Shown here: piece by piece, positions 30,905 to 45,375 of the stretch | How positions within the stretch are numbered: position 1 is the stretch's first letter | How the letters are laid out: each line of letters begins with the position of its first letter | Assembly (NCBI GenBank): GCA_013265495.1 | Contig: MU058384.1 | Location: forward strand, 2,109,690-2,173,689 | Reading direction: 5' to 3' | DNA from: Vicugna vicugna | Lineage: Eukaryota | DNA: 64,000 nt | The notes under the pieces: model-generated | Told to the model about the DNA's origin: nothing | Databases searched by the model: none | Seen by the model: only the letters and a program-made list of their open reading frames with translations | Program-made: the position numbers and the translations under genes

Positions 30905-31191
30905 TAATCAGAGCCATTCCCAAACATATTTAATTACTAGGAACAAAAAACACAGCAAGTAAAAATACCAAACTGAAAGCAGTTATGGTCCTGTAGTTGA
31001 GTATAGGTTCTTAACTGTTCCTCTTCGAGAGTTTTCTCATTTATGAGTAGGTAGAATATTCTCACTTTTTTTTGCTTCTATTAAGTTCAACCCCAATTCC
31101 ATTTTAATACCCTGTTGCAAATCCTGCAGCAAACTTTTTAAAAATTACAGTGCACAGTAAGATTGGGATTTTAACTATGGTTGCTCTAGAC

Positions 31192-31405
31192 CAGGAATTG
31201 TCAAACCAGGGCTCATGGGCCAGAGTCAGCCCGTGACCTGTTTTTTGTAAGGCCCATGAGCTAAGAATGGGCTTTTACTTTTTTTTTGAAAAATAGAAGA
31301 GATAAAGAAACAAAAAAACAAGAATATTCAGCAGAAATGGTATGGCCCTCAAAGCGTAAAATATTTACTGTCTGGCCATTTACAGAAAGTTTGCTGATGT
31401 CTGCT
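31192..31405 (+). mobile_element. MER58-like hAT MITE
   Basis: caggaattgtcaaac...taaaatatttactgtctggccatttacagaaagtttgctgatgtctg. Confidence 0.75.
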
Positions 31406-31429
31406 TTAGACTCACTTAAACTCAGGTAA

Positions 31430-31759
<330 letters not shown>

Positions 31760-32409
31760 TAGTTTCTGAATCTTTATTTGGGAAGTTCCTTGGATTCAAA
31801 GCCTCTCAGATTTGAACTGGAACTTGGAGATGATCCAGCAATCTTAGGTTAGGATGAAACTTTCCACATAGCAAGAGAAGTGTATATCTGAAGTGTTTTA
31901 AACTCCTTTGAGTCTTTTAATACTAAGAAGAGCTTTCTGTACTCAGTTCTAGCATGATTGCCTTATCTTTCATGTATGTAATACATCATATTCCTATAAT
32001 GTTCCTTAACTTTCATAATGACACCCACAAGTAGAGATGTTGTGATCTCAGGTAACCTCCAGTATCACATACTTGGCTCTCTACACTCTTAATTCTAAAA
32101 TGATTTGAGTATTTTTAGTTTATCCTTTTATCAAAGACAACTCAAATTCTATTAAAGGGACTAAAACAGGGCTAAAGAAGAGAGAGGGATGGGGGTAATT
32201 TTGATCATCTCTAAAATGGAAAAGAAAAGACAAGCCCTAAGTAGAAATGGTGCTTAGCACCAGTGTGTACTTCTGTCATCTGTAGTTGAGAGGAATGGGT
32301 TTGTTTTTCTTACTACTAATCATGATTTCTTTGAATCCCTAAAATAAAAATTCACAGACAGAATCATTTATGTTTCATCAACATGATTAAGCATTCATGT
32401 CTTATAAAC

Positions 32410-32578
32410 CAGTGGTTCTCAAACCATAATGTGTATACGCTTAATCTGGGATCATGTTAAAACACAAATTCTGATTCATGTCAGGTATTGAGTAGGACCT
32501 GAGAATTCTGCACATTTCTAGTCAGCTTCCAGGTAATGGAGATGCTGCTGGACTGTTGGCCCCACTTTGAGTAGGAAG
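32410..32578. mobile_element. MER5A-like hAT MITE
   Basis: cagtggttctcaaa...acctgagaattctgcac...cccactttgagtag. Confidence 0.7.
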
Positions 32579-33617
32579 GTTGCAAACCATGAAGATGAGA
32601 AAAGAGCCCATGAAAGTGTAAAATAAATACAGAGCTAGTTCAGTCCCATAACATTCTGTTCATATCCTTTATCTAGCATGTATCACATCGTCCATCTCTA
32701 CATATGGCACATTTGTCTCTCTGTCTTACTAAGCTAAATTCATTGAGGGTAAATCATAATCACTCTTCAGGGTTACCATATACCATAGTGTTCAAAACAA
32801 GGTGCTTTTGAGAGAAAAGAAGGAAAGTATGTGTTAATATTTAGGCTAGGACATCAAAGATAGACTGTCTTAGATAGACTTGTAACCATCATGTCTCTAA
32901 AACCTCACATTAGGCATTTGATAACTATATGTTAAAGGAACAATTTTCTTGTGTGACTCTTTGATCAAAGAAGATATTTATAGATAGCTGTTCTGATTTT
33001 GAATTTGGTCCGTTGTAAAGGAAGAATGTAAAACTAATGACAAGCTTGCTAGTACCATACCTTGAAGACGAAAATTTTGTAAATGCATGTTTTTCTGAAG
33101 AACTAAGGAGGACCATAGAAACATGTATATAGGAGTTTTTTTTAAAAACTCCATTTCTCATTATCTCTGAGAACAGAAAAAAGGAGCTATGGTACCAAAT
33201 AGGAGGAGGTAGTTCTGGTTAAAACACCATACTTTCAGTATGATAGAAAAAAGTAAAATAGATGATTTAGAAGTTGCTAGCTGCCTGAAAAGATTGCTCA
33301 AAATCAACAGTGATTCTGATTGCAAAATACATTTATTTGTTGTGAAACTGAAACTCAAAATGAGTTTCAGGAGTTGTTATGACCAGATGTAATCACCAGG
33401 GGAAAGAATCTGTTAACTGATTAATCTACATTTACTGCAGGGGGTAGACTTTATGCAAAATTCATGCATTGATAGTCATCATTTGCAAAATTGGCTTTTC
33501 TAATAATGAAACAAAAAAATGTTTTATTACCCTGATTTAAATAATAAGAAAAGAGATTTTAATTAAGATCATATTTTAACATTATAAAGAAGCTATGTTT
33601 CTAAAGTGAAGTTTTAA

Positions 33618-33809
<192 letters not shown>

Positions 33810-33983
33810 GCCAATTGCCGTTAACTGTGAACATACCCATTTTTAAGCGATTTGGGGTTCAAAGCCAATTTGGAGCCGCAGACATTCAGCTCACTGCTTA
33901 ATTCAACATTAAATTTTTATGATTCTGTTTTGCCCTATATGTTCACCATTGTATTTAAGTATCTTTTATTTTTTAATTTCAAC

Positions 33984-33989
33984 AATAAA
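33984..33989 (+). terminator. Proximal REPS1 polyadenylation signal AATAAA (further hexamers at 34173, 34698, 35002)
   Basis: AATAAA about 175 nt after the stop, followed by U/GU-rich sequence (gactttttct, ttgtgtttgttgg). Confidence 0.7.
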
Positions 33990-36137
33990 AGGGTCAGGAT
34001 GACTTTTTCTGGAGGGTATATTGTGTTTGTTGGCACAGGCCACCCTTGTTTTTCCATAACATTAGGAATACATACGTAACATTGGTCCATTATACTTAAC
34101 GGGGCCAAAGCCTAACACTGATTGGACACAGAATGGACTTCTCATTTACATCTCAAGCACAAAGGAGACAAAAATAAACTGTCAAGTTGTCTTTTAGGTT
34201 TAACACTTAACAAAGCATCCATGTTTGTTTTGTAAAAATCTTTAAAGTGAGTTTCCTGTTTAATTTTTGATTTGAAAGAACTGTATTAGATAAGGCATTC
34301 TTTAACCATAGCTCTGCAGTGATCAGCATTCTTCAAGAGTCACGTGGCACTTTCAGACTTTTTCACATTAATTTTTGAGGGTCAGATTTTATGTTTTTCC
34401 TTGTGACAATTTCATCAGTTTCACCTATGACTTAAACTTTTTGTGTATGAGATTTTAATTCAGCAGCAGTCGTGTAAACTTACAAAATTACCACAGAGCA
34501 GGCCTTTCTTAATTGTCCCCCAGAAGCAAAGGGAAATTGTTACCACCACAAACAACATAGATTCTGTCCACGTACAAACATCACTTTTTGCATAATTTAT
34601 GCTTTTCTCTCTGAATTAGAAACTTATGCTCATCAGTCTCTAAAAGTGTTTTCAAGTAATTTGTTTTTAAACTTCTGAGGACCTTAATTATGGACAGAAT
34701 AAATGGAAATTCTTTAAGATTTCTAGTTTACCTTTAGCTGTCTTGTCACTCGTTCTTTTGCCATAGAGACAGGTTTTCCCTATGAACAGAGGGTTTCTGA
34801 AGTGTGCCCTATTCAGGATGATGTAGTGTCTCAGGAGTTGTTTTGTATTATATGGTATTTACACTTCGATCACATTTGTAAATTTGCATTTACTGCTGAC
34901 TAATAGCAGATATTCCTTTAATGTTTTATTTTGTCTATGGGATCATAGATGTTAAGCTGCATGAATATATCATAAAAGAATCATAAGTGTGATTTTACAC
35001 TAATAAAACACAATATTTTAACTTTTGTACATTTTTTAACAAGAATTTAAATTTTTAAGAATTTACCTTTGAAGGAATTTGTATTTTTGTTGTTAAAAGA
35101 AGAAAATGTTTAAAATCACCTAGTTCACAATCCTAGGCTGTACTAAATTTCATTACCTTAAAGGAGAATTTGAAGCAAAAAGGAAACTGACAACCAAAAG
35201 CTTCCCAGATTAATACAACTTTTATCTACCATTAACTAAAAATATTATTACTGCATATATCAGCTAAAGCTTCAAAGTGGCTAACAGGTTATAGCTTCAG
35301 TTTGTTAAACAAGTGAAGGCTTTAAGGCCCAGAAAACTATTCAATACTTACTTTTTTTTTTCTCTATTTTAAAACAGAACTGTCTTAGTTTCTTCATTTT
35401 TCACTCCGCTAAATTCTATTGCAGGCAAGTTTACTTTTTATTTTTTTTAAAAGGTCCCCTACCCACCAGCAGCCTTCTAATTTAACAGTGTAACAGGTTT
35501 TTAAAGCATTTTATTTGAAACATCTAAGAAATTAATTTTGTAGCAAAAGAACATGTAAAAATTACAGAAAACTTTTTAATACTATAGTGGTGTATTTTTA
35601 AAAATGGTCTCTGGAGAAGTACATTCATACTAAGGATATGTGTCAGATTTTTTAGTAAATTACCATTTATATTATATTTTTTTAAATCAATAACAATTTT
35701 ATGAACATGTTAAAGATGATTGGTAAGTCACCATTAGATTAAAAACATTTTTCTAAGATACTGATCATTTAAGAAACATTTTTCATTATGATTTTATTTT
35801 TCATTAGATCATAAAACAAAACTTTAAATACCCAGTACCCTTGTTCTGTTTTAGGTTTTGTTAGTCAGACTACTCTAAATAATACTGTCTGTGAAAAATA
35901 ACTACCAAAATAACTGGTTCAAAATTTTGTATTCAAATTGTTCTTTTGTCCATTTCACATAATTGAGCATATATGATAAATTTTAAAAATTAAAAGGAAC
36001 TTTATGGGCCATCCTAGTTCATCCTCCCATCAACCCTGATAATCATTCTGCTTCTTGCTGGATCTTCTGGAATAGAAAATATACGCTGTCTGTCTTTGTC
36101 TTGGTAGATTGGCACCGCTGGATTTTTAAGTCCATTC

Positions 36138-36265
36138 TCACTTTTCCATACTACTTTTGATGGCACTTTGGAGTACTGACAACCATAGGAATTTATCATC
36201 CTCACCCTCTGTAGCACAAATCCATTCATGTTTTGGACCTTGAAGAATAAATGCATTCCTGATAC
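36138..36265 (-). CDS. ECT2L: ECT2L last coding exon ([42 protein letters not shown])
   Basis: ttacag|GT...TGA; 128 nt; PH C-terminal helix; matches recalled ECT2L C-terminus SSMEK. Confidence 0.96.
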
Positions 36266-37632
36266 CTGTAAAAATATTTGGGGTATACTAATTAATCTTT
36301 GCAGGTAACAATCAAAAGAAAATGTTTTAAAATTCAAGAATTAGCCAAGTCAACTTGAAAATTTTATTGGAAATTAAAGAGAGATTCAAACAAATACAAA
36401 TCCAGTTTAGAATATAATATCCTAAGATACAGAATGATTCTAATACAGTCTAAAATAATCTTACCTTTATATTATAATTGTTTAATTATAACTAGCAATT
36501 ATTTTTAAAGACTGAATGATAGATGATGTGATGTTCTTTAATTCCAGAAGGAACTGGAACCAGTCAAGGTCTATACTAAGAGTTATTGTAGGTAAGAGAT
36601 GCTGAGAGCTCAGCCTGGACCACCTTGGTATGGGGGCCAGGACAGAACTAGGCTGACTGCTGAGCTGAGTGCCCACTCTTAATTACGTTACGGTATTTTG
36701 ACACAGAGCACAGCTGATTAAGGGGAGATGAAAGGAGACGTGTCATACACTCTTCAACCACACCCAGTGGATACAGGTAACTGTCTCTTTTTACCTGAGT
36801 TGAATTCTAGGTGGAAATATTTATTCCCATATTTAGTGTTCATTTTTTCTCATGCTCAGAGTTTAAGTGGGGCTAAAGCTAAAGGGAAAGCAGCCCATTT
36901 TAGATTATTCCTTCTCTGAGATCTTCGTTCCAGCTTTAACCTTGAGTCCTGCCTTCACATGCAGTAAAAAATACTGAAATGAGATGTGTTACATTCAGAT
37001 TGGCCTAACAAATACGGGAAAGACATACGGATCCTTTTAAGATTGGAAAGTAGAGTATAAGATAAAAACTAAGTACAGTAAGTTTAAGTAGGATTTATTT
37101 TCGTAACATGGTATTTCTATTGAGATTATTATGAGGGAATGTTTGTCACCAAACATCCTTTGCAAATCGATCCTTTATAGAGGAACTCTCAAATACGAAC
37201 TTTCAGAAGAAAAGGTACAGTCAAACCTGTAATAATCGCTTATTCCCAGTAGAATGGAAAAGTAATAGATAAAAATCTAAAATTGTAACATCTACAAGCA
37301 GTACAGAGTGGTGGTTAAGGACCCCAGCTCCTGTCAGACTGCTTGAGAAAATCCCTCGCAATGATGTAGGGTTATGTCTCTCTTCATGGTTTTTGAAAGT
37401 TGTTTTCCTTATGTCTTAAGGTGTGTGTCTGACAATGCCAGTATGCCTTTCTTTTGCTATTTCAGAGATAGATGAAAGTTTACATTAATAGGATCCTAAA
37501 ACTATTAGGGAAATTATTTGCAAACTGGCAAATTCTAGTTCTCTTCCTGCTTTTCTATTTTAATAGTTAATGGGCTTTGTATAATACAGCTTCCTAAAGG
37601 CATTTAACTCTTTGGAGGAAAAGAATACATAC

Positions 37633-37805
37633 ATTTGGAATCCGGAATATCTTCTATGAGTAACCTATGAAGGGCCACGGATGCAATGAACTGGTAGGTT
37701 GATTTTGAAGTCCTTTCAAATGGAGTATGAGACGTGCCCCGACTAGAAACAAGCAGTGCATCATTGAAGAGGAAGAGACTGAGATCACGAGTATGTTCAT
37801 AGAGC
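37633..37805 (-). CDS. ECT2L: ECT2L exon, PH domain ([57 protein letters not shown])
   Basis: actcag|G...T|gtatgt; 173 nt; FLFND PH motif. Confidence 0.96.
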
Positions 37806-40800
37806 CTGAGTTAAGACAGAGAAGGAGCAGTTTTAGAAGTTTTACATATGCATACATACATGCTTGTTACACAGTTCACCATCTTTATGTTGGTAACCCA
37901 GTAGTCAAGGATTTTGCCCACCTCAGACCTTTTGAATGGCTTATTGAAGTTCTCTGTATTTTTTACTGGTTGTTACTAGTCCCTCTGTCTCAGATCAATT
38001 GTGTGGGTGGGCTTCAAGGTTCCTGGTGGAATGGTTTGAGATCCACTGGACAAGTATCCGATCAATGCAGGAAAAATGAACACAGAACTTTCACTCCTTT
38101 GTGACACAAATCACGTTAAAGCTGTGTTTTTAAACTTTTGTCAAAAGGTTGGTATTTTGTGTTCGATGTATTTAGGCAATCTGGGGAAAATACATTTTCT
38201 TTTGGTTTGGTTTTATCTTTAAGGGGAACAGGTTGGATTAGAGAAAAGCACAAGAATCAGTAAGGTGTGAGGTGTCTCAGGCAGAAAGCAGGGAGAAGAG
38301 AAGCATTTACTAAGTAGGAAAGAAATTCTAATTTTGATTGGAGGGAAACAATAAAAAGTTGGAATTAAGTAACTATTTATTTTCACTGAGGTTGCCATCA
38401 AAGTCAGCTGCAGGTATGTTTATCAGTAAGCAAAATGTTGTGCCCCCAACCTCCATCTAGTATCCTCTTTGCTTTTCTGTTGGTGGAGCCAGTTTCACTG
38501 TACTCCAGTATGGGTCATCTACTGTGGGTACTAAACGGAGCACCAGGTGATATCTTAGGGAGGAGCTTGGGGGAGCCCCACCCTACGCCCTCAATCCCTG
38601 CCCCCCACCAGGAGTGGCTAAGTGCAACAAGCTCGTTATTTTGATGGAAGATAACCAAAAAATGTTTTCCTCTTAAAAACATCAAGCAACTCTAAGGATG
38701 TAACTCTAAGGAAGCAAATCAATTTACTGGCTTATTCAGAGGAATTCTCTTATTTTTTTTATCTTCATCAATTTTGTTTAATTTTTAAATTGTTGATTCA
38801 GATACACGTAAAGTTTTATCAAAATGCTAAAGTAACATCAGCATGTACCATCAGCTTTTTTAATGTACCACTCTTTTGTTTCATTTTTTGTTTGGCTCCT
38901 TCCTCCACTCAGGTCACCCAAGTTAACAAATTAGTATGTAACTTTCCACTTTTTTTTTTTAACCTGCTCAGGTAATCATTCACATATGTACCTATATATA
39001 CACATCTATTTAGAGGTAGGTTGCCATTGTTTTATAAAAATGGTAGTATTATCCAGACTTCTTTCTTGCTTTTCTCAGCAATGGGAATCACTTCAATTTT
39101 TTTCTAATAGCTAAATAATTGTGTGGCTGGACCATGATGTATCCAACACTTCCCCATTTGATGAACGTTCTTCTTTTCATGGACATTTGCTTTGTTTACA
39201 GGCTCAGGTCTCTCTTCCCTCCTTTCTTTCCCCCTCCCTTCCTTCTTTCATTTTTAATTCCTTTATTGCCACTGTGAGCAATATTGGGATAAACTGATTC
39301 CTTACATATAAATAAATTCCTTACAGGTACTGTTACTTCTATCAGGTAGGATTGACTGGCCAAATAGTACACATAACTTTATCAAAGACTTCCAGATTGT
39401 TCTCCATAAAAGCTGCTATAATTCACATTTAGAATCCACTTTATATTATAATGGCTCTGACTTGTGCTTAATATAAACTTTAATGTGCATCTGAGTTGCT
39501 CAGAGCTTTTGTTAAAGTGCAAATTATGATTCCTCAGAGCCAGGCTAGCCTGAGGTTCTGCGTTTCTAACAGCAGCCTGGGACTGCTGGTGTGCAGACCA
39601 CACGTGGAGTAGAGAGGCGCCTAAGTCATCAGTTACAGTCATGCCCATGAGGTAGGTGAAGGACTGGAGCGGATGTCAAAACATCTTTAAGGAGTACCAT
39701 ACTTCAGGTTCAGCTCTTTGGAGAGTGTGAGGAGATGCAGGTCATGTCAGGTGTGTGGGTAGATAACAATGCAGTGATCACACAACAACTAGAACCAACT
39801 TCCTTTTTCAAACATTTCCATCCCATCTCTGTGGTTGTGATTTAGGCTAGAAGGAGTAGCTGTTTCATATTTACTGATACCTTGCTAGAAATAATGTTCT
39901 AGATCAAGTTGATAGCTTATTCTGAGAATAATGGAGCAAACTGAACTAGGAATGAGGGAGAGGGGAAGCAAGAAAGATGGGGTGCATTTTATATCTGCAT
40001 GTGCTGGGCTGGATGGGGCAAAGGGCCACTTTAAAATAGGCAAAAGAACTCCACCATATTCTTGACCCTTTTGGCAATATTTTTATCCGATTGCTGATAA
40101 GAATCATACCATTTTAGAAAAATGTTTAAAGCTACAATAAAACTTTGCTGTTCTATCTGAACTACAAGGGTGCTTTGAAGAAGTAGCTTTGCAAGGAGTG
40201 TTTGTTCTAGTAAACATGTTTAGTTTTTTTCCTCTGGAAGGGACAACATTGAAAGTAGAGGTAAATGAAAGAGAATTCCAGTTTAGTGACCCACTTGGAC
40301 TGAGTGGGTGGAGAGGCCAGAGGAGGGAAGGAGCAGGCACATTAACTTGAGCTTGGAGTTGAGTCCACTTGTAATCTGAGGACGTGAGCAGGGAAAGATA
40401 AACACACAAAGAAGTTTTTATTATTTTAATCTGATTGTAAAAGTGCTGTTTAAAAAATATATAGGTGAGTTTTACCTAGAAAAAGGCTCTCCAAAAGCCA
40501 TTTACACCCCACAAGATCTCCAACAATTTTCATCCAGACAAAAAACACCAGAAACTTTTTTTAAATTTAACAATTCTACAGATGCAAAAACAAATGCTTT
40601 TTTTTTTGCCTTTCGTATTGACATAATGGAGCAACTGAAATGGAAACTCTGGATCCTACTAGGGTTTCAGAAAGCTGCTTCTGCTCACATTCAAAAGAAC
40701 CAACTCCAAGGGTAGATTTTGTCCCTTGAACTTGGATAGGATTTCTTTGCTTAGTCACAAATAGGCTCAATGACTCAGCAAAATAGAATAGGTCTACTAT

Positions 40801-42226
40801 AGTTTAAATTCTTAACACCATTCTAGAAGTGTTTTGTTGTTGTTTAATTACTGCATTAGCCAGTCCAAGAGACAAAGTATCTAACTTCCAAAAATACATA
40901 AAACTGAATTTTCAGAGCATAAACAGACAACAGTAGGCCATTGGTTCTGTGAGCTGCCTTGAGCCAAAACTGTTTATCACCTAGACCCATCATCCACATT
41001 CTGATTCATGGATCATAGTGGTTTGGGGGTTGCCAGGATAAAAGTCAGTGCAGAGCCAGAATCCAGTGTACCTGAGAAGTCTGGGTATTTCTTTCCCCAA
41101 TGCCTGCTTGCCCTGGTAAATGAAGGTAGGTCCCTTCAGGAAAGGCTGAAAAGAAAGTTAACAGCATACATCCTTGGCAGTGTAGTAGTATTCTTCCTTG
41201 AGGACTCAGGGTCTGAGTCCTCCTTTTGGTGATTCAAGGCCGTGCCTCTGTTCACCAGTCCTAGAGAGTTCCTAGGGTTTCAGAGAACCTTTGAGGAGAC
41301 CCCATTAGAAGGAAACAAAAATAAAACTGCTCAAAATTGGCAAGCATAATGTCACATAGATGAAAATTGGTGTTTCTGAAAAAGCAATAATAAAAAAGTT
41401 CTAAGGTACACAATGTATTATAAAAGCTTAACATACCCAAACTCTCTGGGCTATATCCATAGAGGGACAAATGCCTCCAGATTTCCTAGCTCTAAAATGA
41501 CTCCATGACTTCATCTCTACCCCAGAGCAAAGTTTTTCATTTTTGTGGTGCAATTATTTACTTGTTCTTTCTTAGCTTCTGCTCTTGTTTGTTACTAATT
41601 TGTTTAGTACTTGCTGCTGTGTTGGTGAGTTTATTATGAGGAAAGCCCAGCTCATCTTTCCACCTACTGGTCTAATCAGTGGACAGAACACTGAGACCTG
41701 CTTTTGAATTCTGAGCCAGCACTTATTAGTTCTGTGACCTCAGACAAGTTATTCAAATCCAGATTCACCAGCCATAACATAGTTCCATCCCCACCTTCCT
41801 CACCAGGTGGTTGTAAGGATTATATCAAATGAGAGTGGTTAAAATATGTGGTAAACTGTAAAACCTTAGACTCAAATGAGTTGGTTTTGTACACATAAAT
41901 GTAAACAGACTTTCCTCTAAGTAGAAATGATGGAAATCATGGGAGTATCATTGTGACTTCCTAAAATGACAGAAAACAAGGTTACAGGCTAAATGTTCTG
42001 CGATAACTTGTGGAATATGAACCTTATTGCATTTAATTAATTTCAAATATTAATGTAAAATTTCATTTATATTTATTGCTTGGCAAATCACTGAAATAGT
42101 GCCTACTTAAATATAAATGTACCTCATAATTAGAGTGTAAAATAATTTAGTATTCCTCCATTTTCCTGAGATCTTTAAATGCACTCTTGTCCAAAGACTA
42201 AAGCAGAAGTCTAAATTCTAATAATT

Positions 42227-44155
42227 GAGACTTCTGGTTTCTGGCTGGACATGTAAAGAGTTTAGAAGTCATCACTTCCATCCTCGCAACACAAAGGAAG
42301 ATGAAAACAGAATCAACAACTCAGAGCCATCAGAGAAATGAGGTCACAAGGTAAACTACCACCCCAAAACCTGGAGAGACAAGCTGGTACATAGAAGCAC
42401 AGCTTACTGGAAGCGGCAGCTGCCTGCTGGAGCCAGCATCGGGTAAGAATGTTTAAAGGGTAATTGACTAATTGCTAGAGACTGAATGTGAGTTAGTGCA
42501 AGAGATTACAAACTCCTGGAGACCTAGCATTAGCCCACTCCACACCAACCCCTTGTGTGAGTTTTACCTCCAGGAGCCCCACCAAGTTCTCACCATGAAG
42601 ATCTAAGAACAATCCCTTCATTTTTCCCATAAGGAGGGAGAAAGTAACCATTTGAAACTTGCCCAGAGAGTTCTGTTCCACTTAACAAAGGCCTGTTCTC
42701 AATGGAAACAATTTTACCAGAACCTAACCAACATGAGGAAAGACGAATACCCAACTCCAACTCCTCCTAACCTTCCTGTCTCATCCAAGAGGTGAGCAAA
42801 AAAAAAAAACGCTTATAGGCACTTGTAAAGGTCATAGCCCAGGGGCACAGTCTCACTAAAAGACTGAGACCTCATCATAGAACATACAACTTCCCTTCCC
42901 CTCACACCTTACTACCACATCGATAGGACTGCTTACAAACAAGGCATTACAGCTGAAAAGAACTGCAGGTTTCAAGTCCTATTTATGGGATCCTTAAGGA
43001 AACCCAATGACAACAGGGGAGACAAAAATGAAAATTGTAGCCTCTGACACCACAGTTACAACAAACAGTAAATACAGGCTAACATCTAGCCAGATAAATG
43101 TAAAACTGCACACTAAAGACCTATTTGCCTCAGTTCCTTTTATTCTATATATCATGTCTGGCTTTCAACAAAAAATTACAAGGCATGCTAAGAGGTAGGA
43201 AAACACAGTCTGGTAAGACAGCAAGCATCAGAACCAGACTCAGATTTGGCAGAAATGTTGGAATTGTCAGACTATGGAGTTTAAAATAACTGTGATAAGT
43301 TAAATTAAGGACTCTAATGGAAAAAGTGGACAACATGTAAGTACAGATATATAATATAAACAGAGAGGTGGAAATTCCAAGAGAGAATTAAAAGGAAATT
43401 CTAGAAACCAAAAACACCATAATAGAAATGAATAACGCCTTTGATGCACTCATCAGCACACGGGATGTAGCCAAGAAGAGAATCAGTGAGCCTGAAGATA
43501 CATCAATAGAAGAGAAAAGAGTGAAAAAGAAAGGAACAGAATATCCCAAAAAAGTGGGAAAATTACAAAAGGTGTACTTAAGTCTAACAGGCATATCAGA
43601 TGGAGAGGAAAGAATGAAACAGAAGAAATACTTGAAGTTATAATGGCTGAGAATTTTTCAAAATTATTGACAAACACTAAACAGATCCAGGAAGCTTAGA
43701 CAATACCAAGCAGGAAAAATCCCCCAAAATCTACACACATTACATTCAAATTCTAGAAAATCAAAGACAAAGATAAAATCTTCAAAGAACCCAGAGAGCA
43801 ACAACAAAAATCAAAATTAAACACCTTTCTTACAGAGGAAAAAAGATAAGAATTACATTGGACATCTCTTTAGAAACCATGCAAGCAGGAAGAGAGTGGA
43901 ATGAAGTTAAGTGTTGAAGGAAAAAACTCACTGACCTAGAATTTTGTAGCCAGAAAAATTATCCTTCAAAAGTGAAAGAAATAATGAGCCTCAGATGAAC
44001 CAAAATTCATTGCCAACAGACTTACCTAGCAAAAAATGTTAAAAGACGTTCTTCAGAGAAAAGATACATTATGTAAGTCAGAAACTGGGACTTACATAAA
44101 GAAAGATTGCTTGAGAATGAATACATGAAGGTAAAGTAAATTCTTTAAAAAAAAA
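42227..44155 (+). mobile_element. Ancient L1 (L1M type) 5'UTR plus degenerate ORF1, no ORF2
   Basis: Starts gagacttctggtttc; ORF1-like peptides MNNAFDALISTRDVAKKRISEPED; ORF1 C-terminal motifs gaaaccatgcaagcaggaagagagtgg and aaattatccttcaaaagtgaa. Confidence 0.85.
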
Positions 44156-44547
44156 CTTGGAATAATCCTAGCATGTCTTCTGCTACACCAGTGTGTTTAA
44201 AATTGTTGGCGTGGTAGCTAGTTTCCTCCCATCATTCTAGCTCATTTCTTCTGCCACTGACCAAAAGCAAACAAAAACACTGTGAAAATTAGAAAAGTGA
44301 CACAATTGTGTGCTTTGATTTTCATTTAAGATATATACTCCAGGTGGGGATAGAGATGAGGGGTCTGGTTTCTTCCAACTATCGACCTGCCCTGGGCCTT
44401 TGGGAAACATTCACTGATATATTCATTGAAATAACAAGACAAATCAATTTTTATTTCTTTTATTGGAGTTAGTTCTCCATTTGATGGCTATTTGTTGGGT
44501 TATCATCTTTACCACTGAGAACATAGTTTGGCAAACAATTTTCTAAA

Positions 44548-44795
44548 GCAGGAATCAAAACACTATGACACCCCCCCTTGTTTTTGTAAATAAAGCTTTA
44601 TTGGAACACAGCTACACTTGTTCACTTATGTATTGTATTGTTCATGAAGATTGTATTATTTGTTATGTATTGTATTTTTGTATCTGTGTGGGTGCTTCAA
44701 CAGCAGTTAGGTAGTTGCCACAGAGATCTTCTGGCAAGAAAGACCTAGAATACTTACTATCTGAACCTTTACTGAAGAAGTTTGCCCACCCTTGT
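44548..44795 (+). mobile_element. MER58-like hAT MITE
   Basis: gtttttgtaaataaagctttattggaacacagc...tacttactatctgaacctttactgaagaagtttgcccaccct. Confidence 0.75.
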
Positions 44796-45286
44796 TCTAA
44801 AGGAGAAAAGGAATGCTAGCTTACGGAAACTGGCACCTCCCATCACAGTAGTTCTTACACTACTATGAGCACTCAGTGTCATGGTGGTCTTCTGGTGAGA
44901 CCTTTTGAATACCGACCTCAACAGCTATCTGCAGATAATAAACTGGTCTTCTCTTTCTTGTAGCTGAGCAGACACTTGATGTAATGTCCCACAACACTTG
45001 GCTCTCTTCTCAGTAAGAAAGTGACCAGACTTCAGAATTTCTATTTCTGTGGAGTTAGTGGTCCTGGCAAAGACCATTTCCTTTCTTCCATTCCACCCAG
45101 TAGCTGCCTGGAATGCGAGTGAAGTGATTAAAGCACCTAACATTGTCTCAGAGAGGGGTGTGTGTGCAACTTTTCAGTTCAACACAAAGATTCACTGTAA
45201 GCTTGCAAGATGTCAGACACTGTCCTGGATGCTGGGTGCAAGATGAGTAAGACACACTCACAGCCATAGAATAGTTAAATGTTTAC

Positions 45287-45375
45287 CTTAAAGAGAAGCT
45301 TATTTCCTCATCACAGCAGTGAAGCTGGGCTACATCTTGGACCCTAATCAGGTATCTGTTTACTTCTGATAGAAT
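45287..45375 (-). CDS. ECT2L: ECT2L exon, PH start ([30 protein letters not shown])
   Basis: tcatag|ATT...AG|gtaaac; 89 nt. Confidence 0.94.

Noticed and set aside
36260..36268. AG|GTATC at the ECT2L last-exon acceptor as a recursive splice site
   Set aside because: The donor is poor and simply results from the split Cys codon; there is no downstream exon to join.
37727..38104. 125-aa plus-strand ORF
   Set aside because: Antisense shadow of the ECT2L exon 37633-37805 plus intron; no recognisable protein.
43007..43677. Several short ORFs as possible genes
   Set aside because: Fragments of decayed L1 5'UTR/ORF1, broken by frameshifts and stops.
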